From NCBI RefSeq assembly GCF_009914755.1, contig NC_060941.1: a stretch of DNA of 64,000 bases; one strand, given 5' to 3'. A model generated the notes under the pieces. It saw only the letters and a list, made by a program, of their open reading frames with translations, did no database searches and was not told the DNA's origin. Below, piece by piece: positions 1 to 13,678 of the stretch. A program made the position numbers and the translations under genes. Each line of letters begins with the position of its first letter. Position 1 is the stretch's first letter. This DNA comes from the human T2T-CHM13v2.0 reference genome, Homo sapiens.

Positions 1-803
1 AAGTATGGGTTCCCCATCCTAAGACATGTGTGAAGAGAGTCTCAAAGACCCTTGTCTTATTTTGTAGATGGGTAGCAGTGAGACCAGCTGTCCTGTGATG
101 ATTACTCCAACTGATTCTTTGAATCTCCAATGCCTTAGAATAGGTTTATCACAAACTAATCAGAAAGTGCCACTTGTCCCAGACTACAGTCTCCTGGAAC
201 TTTTCTGTGAGATATTAAAGGTAATCTGAGAAAGCATGTTTCCAGGTCAAAGATGTTTGGGAATACTGGGCTAAACAAAGTTAAACTTTTGTTGTTTCTA
301 CCTCTTTCTTGTTCCTTTTCTCCTTCAAAGCAGTACCTGTTCCATCTTTAATACACTGAACTGCAACAGGACTGTCCAAGAAGAGGATCATGGCACACAG
401 TATTTCTAACCTTATCTGGCCATAGAACACAGTGTTCGTAATACACTATTCAAATCTCATGGAACACGAGTGTTCAACAGAATCATCTGAGAAATGAAAT
501 CATGAAATCATTGCCTCTTAGTTTTCTAGGGGTTTAGTAAACTGACTCCATTACTTAATAGAGACATAATACTATTAATTATCATTTTAATTTTCTTTAC
601 TGCTTGCTTTTACCTATATTGAGGACAATAATGAGAGCTTACATCATTTTGTATTAGCTAATTTGTTCATTGAAGATTCCTGACCCAGGACATTTTGAAC
701 CCAGGACATTTGGGAGTACATTAAGGATTATGACTACTACAAAATGGATAACCATGCTAATTCCTTAAAAACAGAGATTCAAACAATGAAGGAAATTTTT
801 TAC

Positions 804-835
804 CTTTCATGCTCGACTTTGATTCTTCCCGTGTC
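804..835 (-). CDS. KRT23: KRT23 coding exon 7 (32-nt tail micro-exon)
   Basis: ttatag|G ACA CGG GAA GAA TCA AAG TCG AGC ATG AAA G|GTAAAA = (G)TREESKSSMK(V); phase matches preceding exon; not in ORF track. Confidence 0.9.
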
Positions 836-1683
836 CTATAAAAGTGATAAAGGTTAAAGCTCACTTTAGTATTAGCAACAATCATAACAACTTCTCAGGA
901 TGAACTAACTTCCTTCGCTTGCTTGTAAATCCTCTGCTCTTTAATGAGGATAATTGTCTGAGCTTAGTAGTCTCAAGGTCATGGGTTCACGGGAGAACCC
1001 GTCTGGATACAGAAGGCATTGGGTACCGCCTCCTGCTAACCCTGGAGTCAGGGGAAGTCCACCAACCATCCCCTCCTTTCAGCTGCAAGCTTGGTTTTCT
1101 CTAGGATCCCTGCCAGGGTCTGGGTCTCAAGCCTGAGACCCCTGAGCTTCTCAGGCTGTTCAAAGTTTGGTCTAGTGATGTTTTATTTATGTATTTTTAT
1201 AAAACTTCTATCCCTTCCTTTCGGATCATAGAATATATATGCCCTTTATATGGCCAGCTGTTGTTATTTCCTGGGGTGGCCAGAAATATCAGATTGAAAG
1301 TCTAGACATCTCTAGCTCATATGCATCTTTTTTTTTTTCTCTTTTGCTGGTGGACTAACACATTCCCCCTGCCTTCTTTTTTTTGGAGCCAAAATTGTGT
1401 GCATTCCTACTGGGAAACACAGTGGCCAAATCCTTTTGAATTGTTTCCTTCTAGAGACTTTAACTCTTCTGACTGCAAATCTTAGTGTCCTGTGAGTATT
1501 AGTTGATTAATTATACTTGCTGCTTAGTGAAATACAGCCAGCTATAGGTATCTTCTGGAGTAGCTCAACACAACTTTTCTCTTGCTAGAGTGACTCTTGC
1601 TAACAGAACCCAAAGATGCACACGTATACCCACAGGAGCTGGAGGTCCCTCGCATGCTCCTCTCGTGCCAGCCTTTGCCTTAC

Positions 1684-1904
1684 CCTTCACTCTCTCCCTC
1701 CAGGAGCCGTCGGTACGTGGTGATTTCCTTCTCCAGGTGGGTTTTGATGCCCAGCAGCACTTGGTATTCATTGTTCTGCCGCTCCAGTTCGTGGCGTAGC
1801 TGCGTCAGTTCCTCCTCATAGTGGGAGATGATCTCTTGCATGTCCTGGAGCTTGCAGGAGTACCGAGACTGGGTCTCGGATAACATGTTTTCCAAAGCAG
1901 ATTT
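1684..1904 (-). CDS. KRT23: KRT23 coding exon 6 (221 nt, coil 2B end)
   Basis: KSALENMLSETQSRY...TYRRLLEGESEG; tttcag| and |GTAAGG. Confidence 0.96.
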
Positions 1905-2230
1905 CTGAAAGAGGAAATGATCTTCTGTTAATTAACTGATGGCTTGATTGAGTCAATAACAGGTGATTGTTGAGTACTTAGCAGATGTCGACCAGTTGGC
2001 TAGGTGTCTTGGTAGCTGCTGAGGACACCAAGATGAGAAGTAGGCTGACTTACAGGTTTGGGACTTGGGCAGTCAGGAGTTGAGCAGTGTTAGGACTTTT
2101 GAAGTCCATTGCCTTGCTCTGAACTGTTGTTTAACTCCTTTCATTTTATCTTTGACCTGATTGAAAACTCCCAAAGAGCGACAGCAACTGGGACTGCTAT
2201 CTCTTTGTATCTTCGGAGAAGGGTCTCAAT

Positions 2231-2425
2231 TAGGGATGCCAGATAAAATAGAGAACATCTAGTTAAATTTGAATTTCAGATGAGTAATGAGTAATTTTTT
2301 AGTGTAACTATGTCCAAAATATTGCTCCAGTATTGCATGGGACATGCAAAAAAAATTGCTTTTTATTTGAAATTCCAACTAAACTGAGTATTCTATGTTT
2401 TAATTTGGTAAATCTGGCAACCCTA
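2231..2425. mobile_element. MER53-like palindromic hAT MITE
   Basis: TIRs tagggatgccagat...atctggcaacccta; 8-bp TSD gtctcaat/gtctcaag. Confidence 0.8.
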
Positions 2426-2984
2426 GTCTCAAGCAATGCTTTTTGATTATGACGATGGTAAAAAAAAAAAATGTCATTTTTTGAGGAAATTCTAACAGCT
2501 GCCAAATGAAGTTTCTGGGCTAGAATATGGAGGATTGAGTTCAAGTCCCAGTTCTGTTTGCATGTAACACCTGCTTTTCTGAAGCGCATAATTTTAACCT
2601 TAAAGAGAATCTCCTAACTGTGCTGGATACTCTCCCTTTATCGTGGCTGCTAATTTTCAGGGGGCCGTTCATGCTGCCTGGCGGTTAAAGCACATTTCCC
2701 TGGTCAGCCAGTCTCCTATTCTCCCAGGAGGTTATTTTGTTCCCTCTCCTCTGTCCTTGCCATCCTTCCTCGGAGTCCATGGCCTCGCTTCCTAATTTTG
2801 TTGATGAAATGAAAGCAATCGGGAGAGACCGCCCACTGCTCCCTACATTGCTCCCAGGCACATACTTGAATCTGCATCTGGGTGCTGGCTTCCCTCTGTT
2901 CTTTTGTGTGAGCTGTCTGTGCTCCAGTCATCTCGGCAGTTGCCCGCCTTCTTGCGTTATCAATATTCTCTCTGGATTATTCCC

Positions 2985-3630
2985 ACCAGCTTTCAAATAG
3001 AATAATTTTTCCTACCTTAAAATGTATCTTTCTTAAACCCATATCTACCTTCAGCTATCATCCAATTTCTCTGCTCTCCTTCAGCTACAGCAAAGCTCCT
3101 CAAAGAGTTGTCTATGCCTGCTGTTCCTCTTGAGCCCCCTCCAAGGTAGCCTACAAAGCCCTACACTGTCTGGTTCTGTTGGGACTCCGCGGCCTCACCC
3201 TGTCTTCCTCCCTCTTCCCCTCCCTTCCCCTCCTCTTCTCTCCTTTCTTCTTCCCTTCATTCACTCACTGTAGCCACATGGACTTCCCTGCTGCTCCTCC
3301 AACTCATCAGACACACTTGTGCCTTGTCGCTTTTGCACTTGCTGTTCCCTCCTCTTGGAACACATCCCATCACCACATCAAGCACCTCCTTACCTCTTTG
3401 CTCACTGCCACTCTAACAGGAAAACCTTTCCTGACCACCTTGTTTAAGATAGCAGCTCTTCACCCTGGTGCATCTGCCCTCCTCCTCTGCTTCATCTCTG
3501 TAGCAATTTTCTCCATCTAACATATATTTTGATGATTTGCACATTTATTATCTGTCACTCCTACTAGAATATAAACTCCTTCATTAAAAAATCCTCAGTG
3601 CTAAGGATTGGCGTCAGATAGTAGAATGCA
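2985..3630 (+). mobile_element. L2 LINE fragment (approximate ends)
   Basis: L2-typical motifs (cttttgcacttgctgttccctcctcttggaa, ctttcctgaccacc, ctagaatataaactcc). Confidence 0.6.
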
Positions 3631-4224
3631 TGAAAATGGGTATACATGCCTCGCCTGTTTCACAGGGCCATTGTGAAATACTGTATGTTAAAACGTTTTG
3701 AAAGTTGCACTATAATTATTTTTGTACTCATGATCTCTACGTGCACATTTGCAGTGTCTGTTCACCATCACGGATGCATAAAACACAGCAATCATTTACC
3801 CAAGTGCACCTGCAACATAAATGAACAAATCATTGCCTCTCAAGACTGAGGGTAGAATCGCACTTGGCAATTATATGGATGAATGATTAGAAGACTCAAT
3901 AGGGTATACTGGGAATCAAATGATAGACCTTCATAAATTTTGAATGCTTATGACACATGCTAAGCATTTTTCTAAACTGTGAAGATGATAGAAATGACTT
4001 GGACACAAGAACTTAGAGTTTTCTGGGTGATAAGACATATACATAAATGAATAGGGCAGTGCTTTGGAGTTAGCCAGGCCTGGATCTGCCACCTACCATG
4101 TTGGCACTGGAATTTCTCTACATTGGGGTTTGAGGGGGGTAGCCTGGTTGTAAGTGGAGAGGGCACTGATAGAAATTATGGGGGTCTAGAATCCCCCTTC
4201 CTCCAAATAAATCATATGGTTTCA

Positions 4225-4410
4225 TCACCAGTTACTTACTAGCTGTGTGACCTTGGCCAATTTATTTTACTGTTGGAGTTTTGGTTTCCTCATCTCTAAA
4301 ATGGGGACACTAAGACCTATCTGGGAAGGTTACTGTAAGGATTAATGACATTTAATATCATGAACTACTTAGCACAATGCCTGGCACCATCAGGACACTC
4401 AATACATGGT
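4225..4410 (+). mobile_element. MIR
   Basis: ttactagctgtgtgaccttgg...tttcctcatctctaaaatgggg...cacaatgcctggcac. Confidence 0.7.
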
Positions 4411-4568
4411 AGCCCTTTATTATGGTTCTCATCATAAACAATTTGGATGGAAAGTGGAAAGTGAGAGTTGTCCCAAGGGAGTTGAGGGTCAGGGCCTGGG
4501 AGAGAGGTCTCAGAAGGCTTCGTGAAGGAGGTGGTGTGGGATTCACGGTTTTCCTAGCCTTGACTCAC

Positions 4569-4691
4569 CGTGCTGTACTGTGCCTGCAGGTCAATCTCCA
4601 GGGCCTGGAATGTGCGCTTCAGTTCGTGGATGTCACCTTGTCTGCTCTGCACAGTGGCTGGACTGGCTGCCTCCTGGGACATGGCTGCAGA
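4569..4691 (-). CDS. KRT23: KRT23 coding exon 5 (123 nt)
   Basis: SAAMSQEAASP...LEIDLQAQYST; cacag| and |GTGAGT. Confidence 0.94.
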
Positions 4692-4776
4692 CTGTGGGAC
4701 CAAGCAAGGCAAAGGCGTCAGCATTGGGACCTCATGGAAATGCAACCTTTGGGAAGTTTGTGCATCTTTCTTTTAC

Positions 4777-4938
4777 CTGTTCTTTATACCAAGTGTCCAA
4801 GTCTCGATGCTTCTTCTTTATTATAAGCTCATATTCTTGTCTCATATCCTCCAGGACCTTAATCAGATCTTCCCTGGGACCTGTATCCACCTTCACATTG
4901 ACATTGAAGTCACTTGGCACATGATGCTTCTCCATTTC
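4777..4938 (-). CDS. KRT23: KRT23 coding exon 4 (162 nt)
   Basis: EMEKHHVPSDFNVNVKVDTGPREDL...WYKEQ. Confidence 0.95.
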
Positions 4939-5089
4939 CTATTTAATAACAGAGAAAGGAAATGAACCGGCTTTGACAATCAGAAGGCTGGATTGCCATG
5001 TTGATTGGCAGTGGTAAATAGATCTTTTAAACATTCCGATTATGTGGTTGCTCCCACTGTCACTGGTTTGGTTTCTCAAATATTACTTA

Positions 5090-5545
<456 letters not shown>

Positions 5546-6272
5546 CTATAGGCCAAAGCTTTTGGGAAGCAGTTCAAGAGGCAAACAGCAGAAAGAAGGT
5601 GTAGAGGCTTTCAAAATCTCATCAATGCCTTGTGACACTGTAGGGCTGACGCCCATAGGATTTCATGAAAACCAAGCAGCCACAGGAAAGGTTTAATTAA
5701 CAATCATTGTCTAACCAGCTATTCAGAAACTGGGCTCTTTGATGTTGAGAAGCAATTTTGTTTTCCTAAAATGGGAACTGTTTTTCTATCATTTTATCAG
5801 AGTCTTGAGGACTTGTGATGGATGGTAACTCTAAAAGTCAGTTAAATGCTTCTGGAAATTAGGATTCTTTATTTTTGCCCCACATCACACTTATCTTGGT
5901 TGGTAGCAGACTCTCTTCATTATATTGTCCCCTAACTTGCTGAACATTGGGCCAGTGATGGAAGTCCAGTCTCACGCATTGATTCTTATAGTAACATTAA
6001 CAAGCACATCTAGGTAAACATTGTGTATTAACAAAACTGTTGACCAATTCATCATTAATTATGATTGCATTTTGGTTGTTGTATTTGACATGTGACTAGC
6101 TAACCTTGAAATTAGAAACATTAGATATTTGTATGTTTTTCTAAAGACTATTTAGGGTGAAGGACAAGGGGATTGGCATCCAGGTGGTGGTTTCTTCTGT
6201 AGCTGTCGAATCAGCCTGAGATGTGCAGGCTAAGAGCTGTGCTTATTAGCAGGTGTTCCTGGGGAGTTGTAC

Positions 6273-6429
6273 CTGCTCATGGTGCTTCTTCATGAGAATG
6301 AGCTCTTTCCTCATTCCTTCCACCTCCTGTTCTAGGTCTGTTGTGACAATGGTCAGGTTGTCTAAGGTCCTTCGGAGGCCCTCGACTTCAATTTCCAAGT
6401 CTTTCTTAAAGGAGTGTTCATTTTCATAC
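6273..6429 (-). CDS. KRT23: KRT23 coding exon 3 (157 nt)
   Basis: YENEHSFKKDLEIEVEGLRR...KKHHEQ; AG/GT boundaries. Confidence 0.95.
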
Positions 6430-6816
6430 CTTTGGTGAGAAGGAAGAGAAGAGTGCACTCATTGTTGGAAGGCCATGGTTTTTGAAAGGATTCATTTTCA
6501 TTTAGAGGTGAATCTTTTACTTTTTAGGTTTAAAGAGAGCAAATGAATACATATAGGATGTCTTTTTTATGCCAGTTTCATGCTACACTTCTCCATGATG
6601 GTGACTCAATGTCAACTTTTAAATTGAGTAGGGAGAATAGGATAATAAACAGTCATATACCCATTATCTATATTTAGCAACCATGAATGTTTTGCCATAT
6701 TTGCTTCATCTATTTCATTGCTGAAGTATTTTAAAGCAGATTATAGATGTGATGACATTTTGAGACTAAATACTTCAGGATGCATCTTTTAAGAAAAATA
6801 TATTTTAAAATAAACA

Positions 6817-7135
<319 letters not shown>

Positions 7136-7323
7136 AACATAACACTACACCTAAACATTAATAACAACCCTTTAATATCATCTAATTCTTGATTCATATT
7201 CAAACTTCCCCATACTATAATGTGCTTTATATCTGATTTGTTTAAACTAAGGTTCATTCAAGTAACACACAGTGCATTTGCCGTTGCTATGCCTTTTCAT
7301 TATAAGATTTTAGATGCGGGTAA

Positions 7324-7641
<318 letters not shown>

Positions 7642-7704
7642 GAGTTTTCCTTTTGTAAAGCAAACAAACAAAAACCCGAACAACCCTGTGAAGAAGGAAC
7701 TTAC

Positions 7705-7787
7705 TTGAGGTTGAAGTCATCCACTGCCATCCTGGCATTGTCAATGAGAAGAATAATCTGAGCATTGGTCATCTTACCATCCACTAT
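7705..7787 (-). CDS. KRT23: KRT23 coding exon 2 (83 nt)
   Basis: [28 protein letters not shown]; ttttacag| and |GTAAGT. Confidence 0.95.
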
Positions 7788-8223
7788 CTGTAAAACATGC
7801 ACAAAAGCACAAAAGGTTATCTCACTTGGACACACCCACACATGACCGCTGCATGTCTGTCCTCTAGCTTCCTGAATATTTGACTTGTTAGTACAGACAA
7901 CTTCTTGTTCTGGCAGTGGAACAATGAATAACCGAATCAGTAAATGCTTAGTGAGCACATACTAGGTGCAAAGCAGAATGATTTTAAAATAAGAATATGA
8001 TCTGCAGTCAGTGTTACTGCCTTTTTTCTTTTTATGTTGAGTTTTGACAGGCTTGGATTGATGCAACTGCTGAAAGAATGATATAGGAAGGGGAAGGACA
8101 GTAATTGTTCAAAATGCCCTCTAACTTTTTAGGTTATGGACATGTCATAGCATTTTGCTTAATTAAGCTCATCCACAGCTGAAGATGTTAAAAGGACTTT
8201 AGGTTCTGATCCTTTTCTTATTG

Positions 8224-8263
8224 TATTAGGTTGGTGAAAAAGTGATTTTTGCCATTACTTTTA
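8224..8263. mobile_element. Half of a MADE1 (mariner-derived) MITE
   Basis: ta-ttaggttggtgaaaaagtgatttttgccattactttta resembles the MADE1 left arm. Confidence 0.6.
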
Positions 8264-11200
8264 ATTAGTTCAGCCCTCCAAAAATACAAAAATTATTATT
8301 TCAGGTGAACATAATTCTTACTTGTGATAGCAATCATGTTTCTAATCAGTGTTACTGAGCAACGCTAACACTAATATTCAATGTATTTTGTAATAGTCAT
8401 CACAGAACACATTTTTTTTTTGCCCGAAGTGACTGTAACTTGAAGGTGTGTTTATGTCATTGCAACTTATTCTGTGATGAGAATGTGCTCATTGTAGCTA
8501 TTAAAATATTAACTGAAATAATTCCTTACCATCTAAGGAAAATGCTTAAGAAGCTTCAGTAGTGGTAAAGCCTCCAGTTAAAGACTTTCACTAGATGTTC
8601 GTATAATTTTTTTTTTACTTTGAAAAGAAAAATAGTATTGAAAGCACTTACTCGAGCAAGTGTGTATACATTTATGGTTTGTAAACACTTGTAGGTATGT
8701 TATAGTCAGAGAAATAGCACACATTTGATGTATGTCACTGTCTTTAGGGTAGAAGATGTCTCGTTGTCAAAAGTGTAATAATGCTTTTACGCCAAGTGTT
8801 GTGCTGGACTAGAAACTTAGAGCTTTTCTTTGGTTCTGGCTCTGTTCTTGACCATCCATGTGGATGCATCAGGCTGCATCACTCTACTCTCCAGGCCTCA
8901 GTTTCATCCATTGTCAAATAAGGAGTCTGTACTAGAGACAGAGGACCTTAGAGGTCTTAGCTCTAAGTTTCTGTAATTTAGTTGGAGTCAGAGAATCCTG
9001 GGTAATTCCCATTATATTTACATAGCTCATTCCTTTATTTAGAAAGCATTTTCTTAGGACAAAGCTATACTTCAGTACAAAGGCACCTTTTAAAAGTCTG
9101 GTCCTATTTAAAGCTCCACTGATCCCATGGAATTTGGTATCATGAATGCACAATAGCAGGATTTAGAGATGGCATGAATGCTGGGTCTGGAACTCAAAGA
9201 GCAGGGCCTGGGATCCTGCTCCGCACTTACTGGCTGGGTGAGATTGGCTGAGTGAGCTTGGCTGAGTCTCAGTTTATTCATCCATAAAATAGCAATAACA
9301 ATAGTTACTTCATCAAAGAGTTATGAGAATTAGAAGAGAGTATGTCAAATAATGTCAAATAGCATATTATCGGCATATTATAGACAGTGAAAAATTGGTC
9401 GAAACTGAATTTGTTCAGAAAAAAGTAAATAATACACTTTTCTTTTTAAAAATCTAGCACTTTTATAGATTCAGTGACTACACTGTGAACATCCCCAGGT
9501 TCTATATGCTGAGATGCCTGCTCAGACTTTTGCTGTTCATGGTGGGACATAGCCAGGCTGGCTGCTCCTGCCTCATTCTTTTTCCTCTTGTGGGATTCCA
9601 AATGGTACTATGGCCCCTTCCCTTGCTATAAAAAAGGACACTTTTAGGTATTTCCTTGTCTCCTCTCCACAGTGCTGCTTAGGGGCATTCTTACCAATAC
9701 TTCTCCCTCCAGACCCCTTATTCTTTGCATTATGTAAGCTCCTGCAAAATGAAAAGTAGCTCTATCCCAAAGAGCCTGGGGGCCATTGTGGGGTAACCCT
9801 TACTTACTTGTGCACTGAGGTTTTCTATTTGACACACACTATGAGGTGTTAATCTACATCCAGAGAATCAGAAAACCAAAAATACTGTCTATGGGCTTAT
9901 TTAGCTTTTCTGGGTTAAATTGGTAATTTATCCATTGCAAAGTCCACCTCAAGTGTCTGATTCCCCCAGCTATCATTCTCATAGCACACAAATGTGAATT
10001 CTGAAATGTGCTTGATATAGAGCACGTTTAAAACTATTTCCCATTATTCAGGCTTACTTAGTACAGAATTATGATATAACCATCATTTCTGACACAATCT
10101 TCATGGTAATAAGTGGATGAAGATGGGTTGAGAAACGATATATGAGGCATAGGTTTTTTACTGAGTGTTGTAATTAATCACCCAGATTCTCCTGAAGGCC
10201 CTCAGTTCATTCTTTTAAAAGCAAGTTGGCATATTCTTGCAGCATTGTTGCTTCAGGATGTTTGATCTACTAGGGAGAGGAAAACAGAATGTTTGACTGT
10301 AAACAAAAATGCCAAATATAGTCCGATTGAGAATCATTCAAGGTGTTTTATTTATGATACTCCTATGACTGTGTCCAATTCTGGATTTCAAAAGGATTGA
10401 ATTAATTTTTAAGCTCAACTTGTTATCAACCTTTTGAGTGATATTTAATATACCTAAAGTGAGGGTACGGGAGAACTGTATCCACTCAGAGCATTTCACC
10501 AAGGTCCAGGAAGGATAAGCCCCAGGTAATTGTGGGACCTCCTTGCACCTCTGTTTTCTCATCTTCAAATGAGGGAGGTTGGGGTAGATAGACAACCTCA
10601 ACTTTAAAGAGTTTCTTTCTTCAAGTGTAGAGAAAACACAATGTTAGAGGTAAAAATCCAGAAAAGAGTGAAATTCAAAGCCAAAGAAGTTTCCTATTCA
10701 ATCTCAGAACCCAGAATTCCAGGTCATCTGAAGGGTGGGCAGGTTGCTCCCCACACCCCCCATTGCACCTACTCACTTTTCTCAATTCTGTTCCAAAGGA
10801 TTTAGACAATGATTAGGTCTCAGTCTCCTTATCTGTAAGTTGAGAATACAAATACCTGCTCCACACAGTTGTGAGGATTAAATGAGACAATGTGTATGAA
10901 GTATGTGATGTGTGGTTAATGATGCAAGTATAATGCATTATCTTTATTCATACTAAGTGTCATTTTTATATGAGGTGGGCTAGGCAGCACTACACTGTAG
11001 TGAAATTTATGAGGCTACTGGAAACAGACCTGAGTTAGAATCCCACCTCTGCTTCTTGCTGATGGCTTTGGATGGCTATTTCACTTTTTTCCAAGCTTCC
11101 ATTTCCTTACAGGGTTCTTGCAGAATCAAATAAAATAATATGGAACATTTCCATCATTGCAGAAAACTCTTGGATAGTGTTGACATGTGTATTAAATATC

Positions 11201-12540
11201 CAGCAGGATGCCTAGGTACATAATAAGTGCTCAGTAAACATTTCCCTCTCTTTCCTCCCTTTCTTTTTTTTAAATCTCTTCCGCGAGCTCATAAATTATT
11301 TGACTGGTTCTAACCTTGTATTTCTTTTGGGAGTCATGGTCTCCCTTTGCTCTCCATTTGCAAAAATCTTCAATTCCTCCTTTCTACAACCAAAGCAACT
11401 TTATTAAACAAAAAAACATGATGAGGACTGTTGAGTCACCTTGTTTTTTTTTTTTTTTTCATAAAGACAACCATGCACTATATAGTTAAGGTAATTACAG
11501 TCAGTTATTAGGTTGATTATTCAATAATTAGGGTTCATTACAAGGACAGATTTATATTATCTTGACTGGTCCTTCCTACATTCAAGCAAGGATGACTGAG
11601 CATTGTGAAATAATATATATAAATATTGGAAACTTGTGATACCCTTTCTAGGGGAGGTTAAATCATGGTCTTACAGGGAATTTTCTGGGACTGCTTTATA
11701 TAAGAGGGGAGTTAGATAGCTTTAAAACATAACCTATGAGATGATTGGATTCCTTCTACTTCTAGCTAATGTTATGAGACATCCCAGAAGGTATGTGCTT
11801 AGCTTTTTTGAGGTTTGGTTAAAGAGTTCGGTTTTTTTTGAACAAGGTCTTTATAGCCATCTCAACTCTCAGATTCTAAAAATTATGCTCATTTTATTAT
11901 TATTGGTTCTAGCAATATGCCATTGTCAGAACTGTGAGCAACTTTACTGCAAGCAACCCACAAACGGAAATATCTAGGGATGTCATAATGACCTATATGT
12001 TGGTGTGGTGACAACTTTTAGGCGTAATCTTCAAAATAGTGTAACAGCCTTTTGTCGATGGATAACCACATTGTTCAAAAAAGTTTGAGGTGGAGCAGAA
12101 CTGAGGTAATGAGAAAGTAAACACTCTCTTATGCCTGGTGCACCGAGCATGCAGCATGAATACCAGCCCTTATCATTTCTATGACATCGTTGGGTCATAA
12201 GTGACATTAAACAGCAGCTGGTTGCCTCACATTTTAAAGATGTTTTTGGTCTGTGAGAAATCAGTAGTCTCATTTTTGAAACAGTCTGTAGCACTTCTAT
12301 CATTTTTGCTGCCTTCTTTTTCTACATTATCCATGGACAGTAGACTAATTAAACAAAACAGACGTTTCCCACTCCAAATTTAAGATATAATAAGAAAACA
12401 TCCCCCAAAACCTTTGTGCACAATTACTTCAAGCGCTGATGCCATTTTCCTGGAAATTGTCTTCTGGACTCATTTTTCCTCCCGAGGGTCCCCTGGCAAA
12501 GCAGCCCCATCTGGATCTCCAGGGTCACCCAGCATCTTAC

Positions 12541-12936
12541 CTGCTCCTGCAGGTGTGTGATGTTTTCCTCATACTGGGAATAATCTTTCTTACTGCCAGG
12601 ATCTCTCTGCTGGTGCCATTTCAGGATGCGGCTTTCCAGCTTCATGTTGGCCTCCTCCAGGGCGCGAACCTTCTCCAGGTAGGAGGCCAGGCGGTCGTTG
12701 AGATTCTGCATGGTGGCCTTCCCATTTCCGCCTAGTAGGGGGCTGCTTCTTCCAGAACCCCAAGACCCTCCAGGGGGTGGGCAGCTCCGCGTGGTGAAGG
12801 ACAGGGAGATGCGGGCTCCCCCCGCACCGCCATGGACGGTGGGAGCCCTGGGGAAGCTCCTGGGCCGGCCCCAGCCACCTCCGGCGCCATGGAAGGAGGC
12901 CGAGGGGGTCTGGCTGAAGCTGTGTCCGGAGTTCAT
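12541..12936 (-). CDS. KRT23: KRT23 first coding exon (head + coil 1A), 132 codons
   Basis: ATG at 12936 in gaccATG context; MNSGH...HLQEQ; donor CAG|GTAAGA. Confidence 0.96.
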
Positions 12937-13286
12937 GGTCCCATCTGTGTTTGGGACGGGGCTGAGCTCTGCTCCACTCCCTGGCACCGCAGAACTGAGC
13001 CGCCCCAGACTGCCCTGGATGGTTTTATGGCCTTTGCTGTGGGAGTTCCCTTCTCTGACAATTGTACCAACAAGATTGTATCATTGTGCAACTTGTGTTT
13101 CCTCTTGGTCAATCCCAAAGTGCCCCTGGGCCTTCGCACACTGTTGTTGTTTAGAGCCACATCAATATGACAGTTTGCTTCCTCCCTTCCCCTGGTAACC
13201 CGGAGGTGTGGCCCACGACATCAGGCGGGTATTGGGCTCAGGTATCTTTCTAATCTTGCCGTGAAGTTTTTCCATTGTTCATTTAC
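12937..13286 (-). other. KRT23: KRT23 5'UTR part of the first coding exon (350 nt)
   Basis: Acceptor ctaacccattccag| with CTAAC branch-like motif ending at 13287. Confidence 0.6.
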
Positions 13287-13678
13287 CTGGAATGGGTTAG
13301 GTTAAAGTCCACCCAAAAGAAAGCATATTCGATGTAGTATAGATTTCCTTAAAAAAAACCAAAAACCAAAACCAAAACAAAACAACAACAACAGCAACAA
13401 AAAACCAGACATTAAACAACAGAGATACACACACCTTTTTCCACCCCCAATAAGCCCCACCTCTAAAGGGAGGGTGAGCGAGCCTGGAGAAGGGAAAGCC
13501 AGCTCAGAACAGGATCTCAGGTCCCAGAATAAAGCTTGCTGTGCTGAGGCAGCCGAGAAGGTGGTGAATATCTGATGCCTTTGTGGCAGTCACTGTTTGA
13601 AGGAAAGTACTTTCAAAGGACTCGCTCTTAAGAACAAACCCTCAATTATAGATGTAATTAATTAATGAATGACCGAAC

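Noticed and set aside
6424-6432. AG|GTATGA acceptor resembling a recursive splice site
   Set aside because: Explained by the conserved Lys/Arg-Tyr-Glu codons at this junction; KRT40 shows the same AG|GTAC
12937-12987. 17-aa N-terminal extension of KRT23
   Set aside because: Starts at GTG, not ATG; no support beyond an open frame
12439-13198. Plus-strand ORFs over keratin exons (also 1590-1821, 4422-4965, 60195-60590)
   Set aside because: Antisense shadows of GC-rich coding exons
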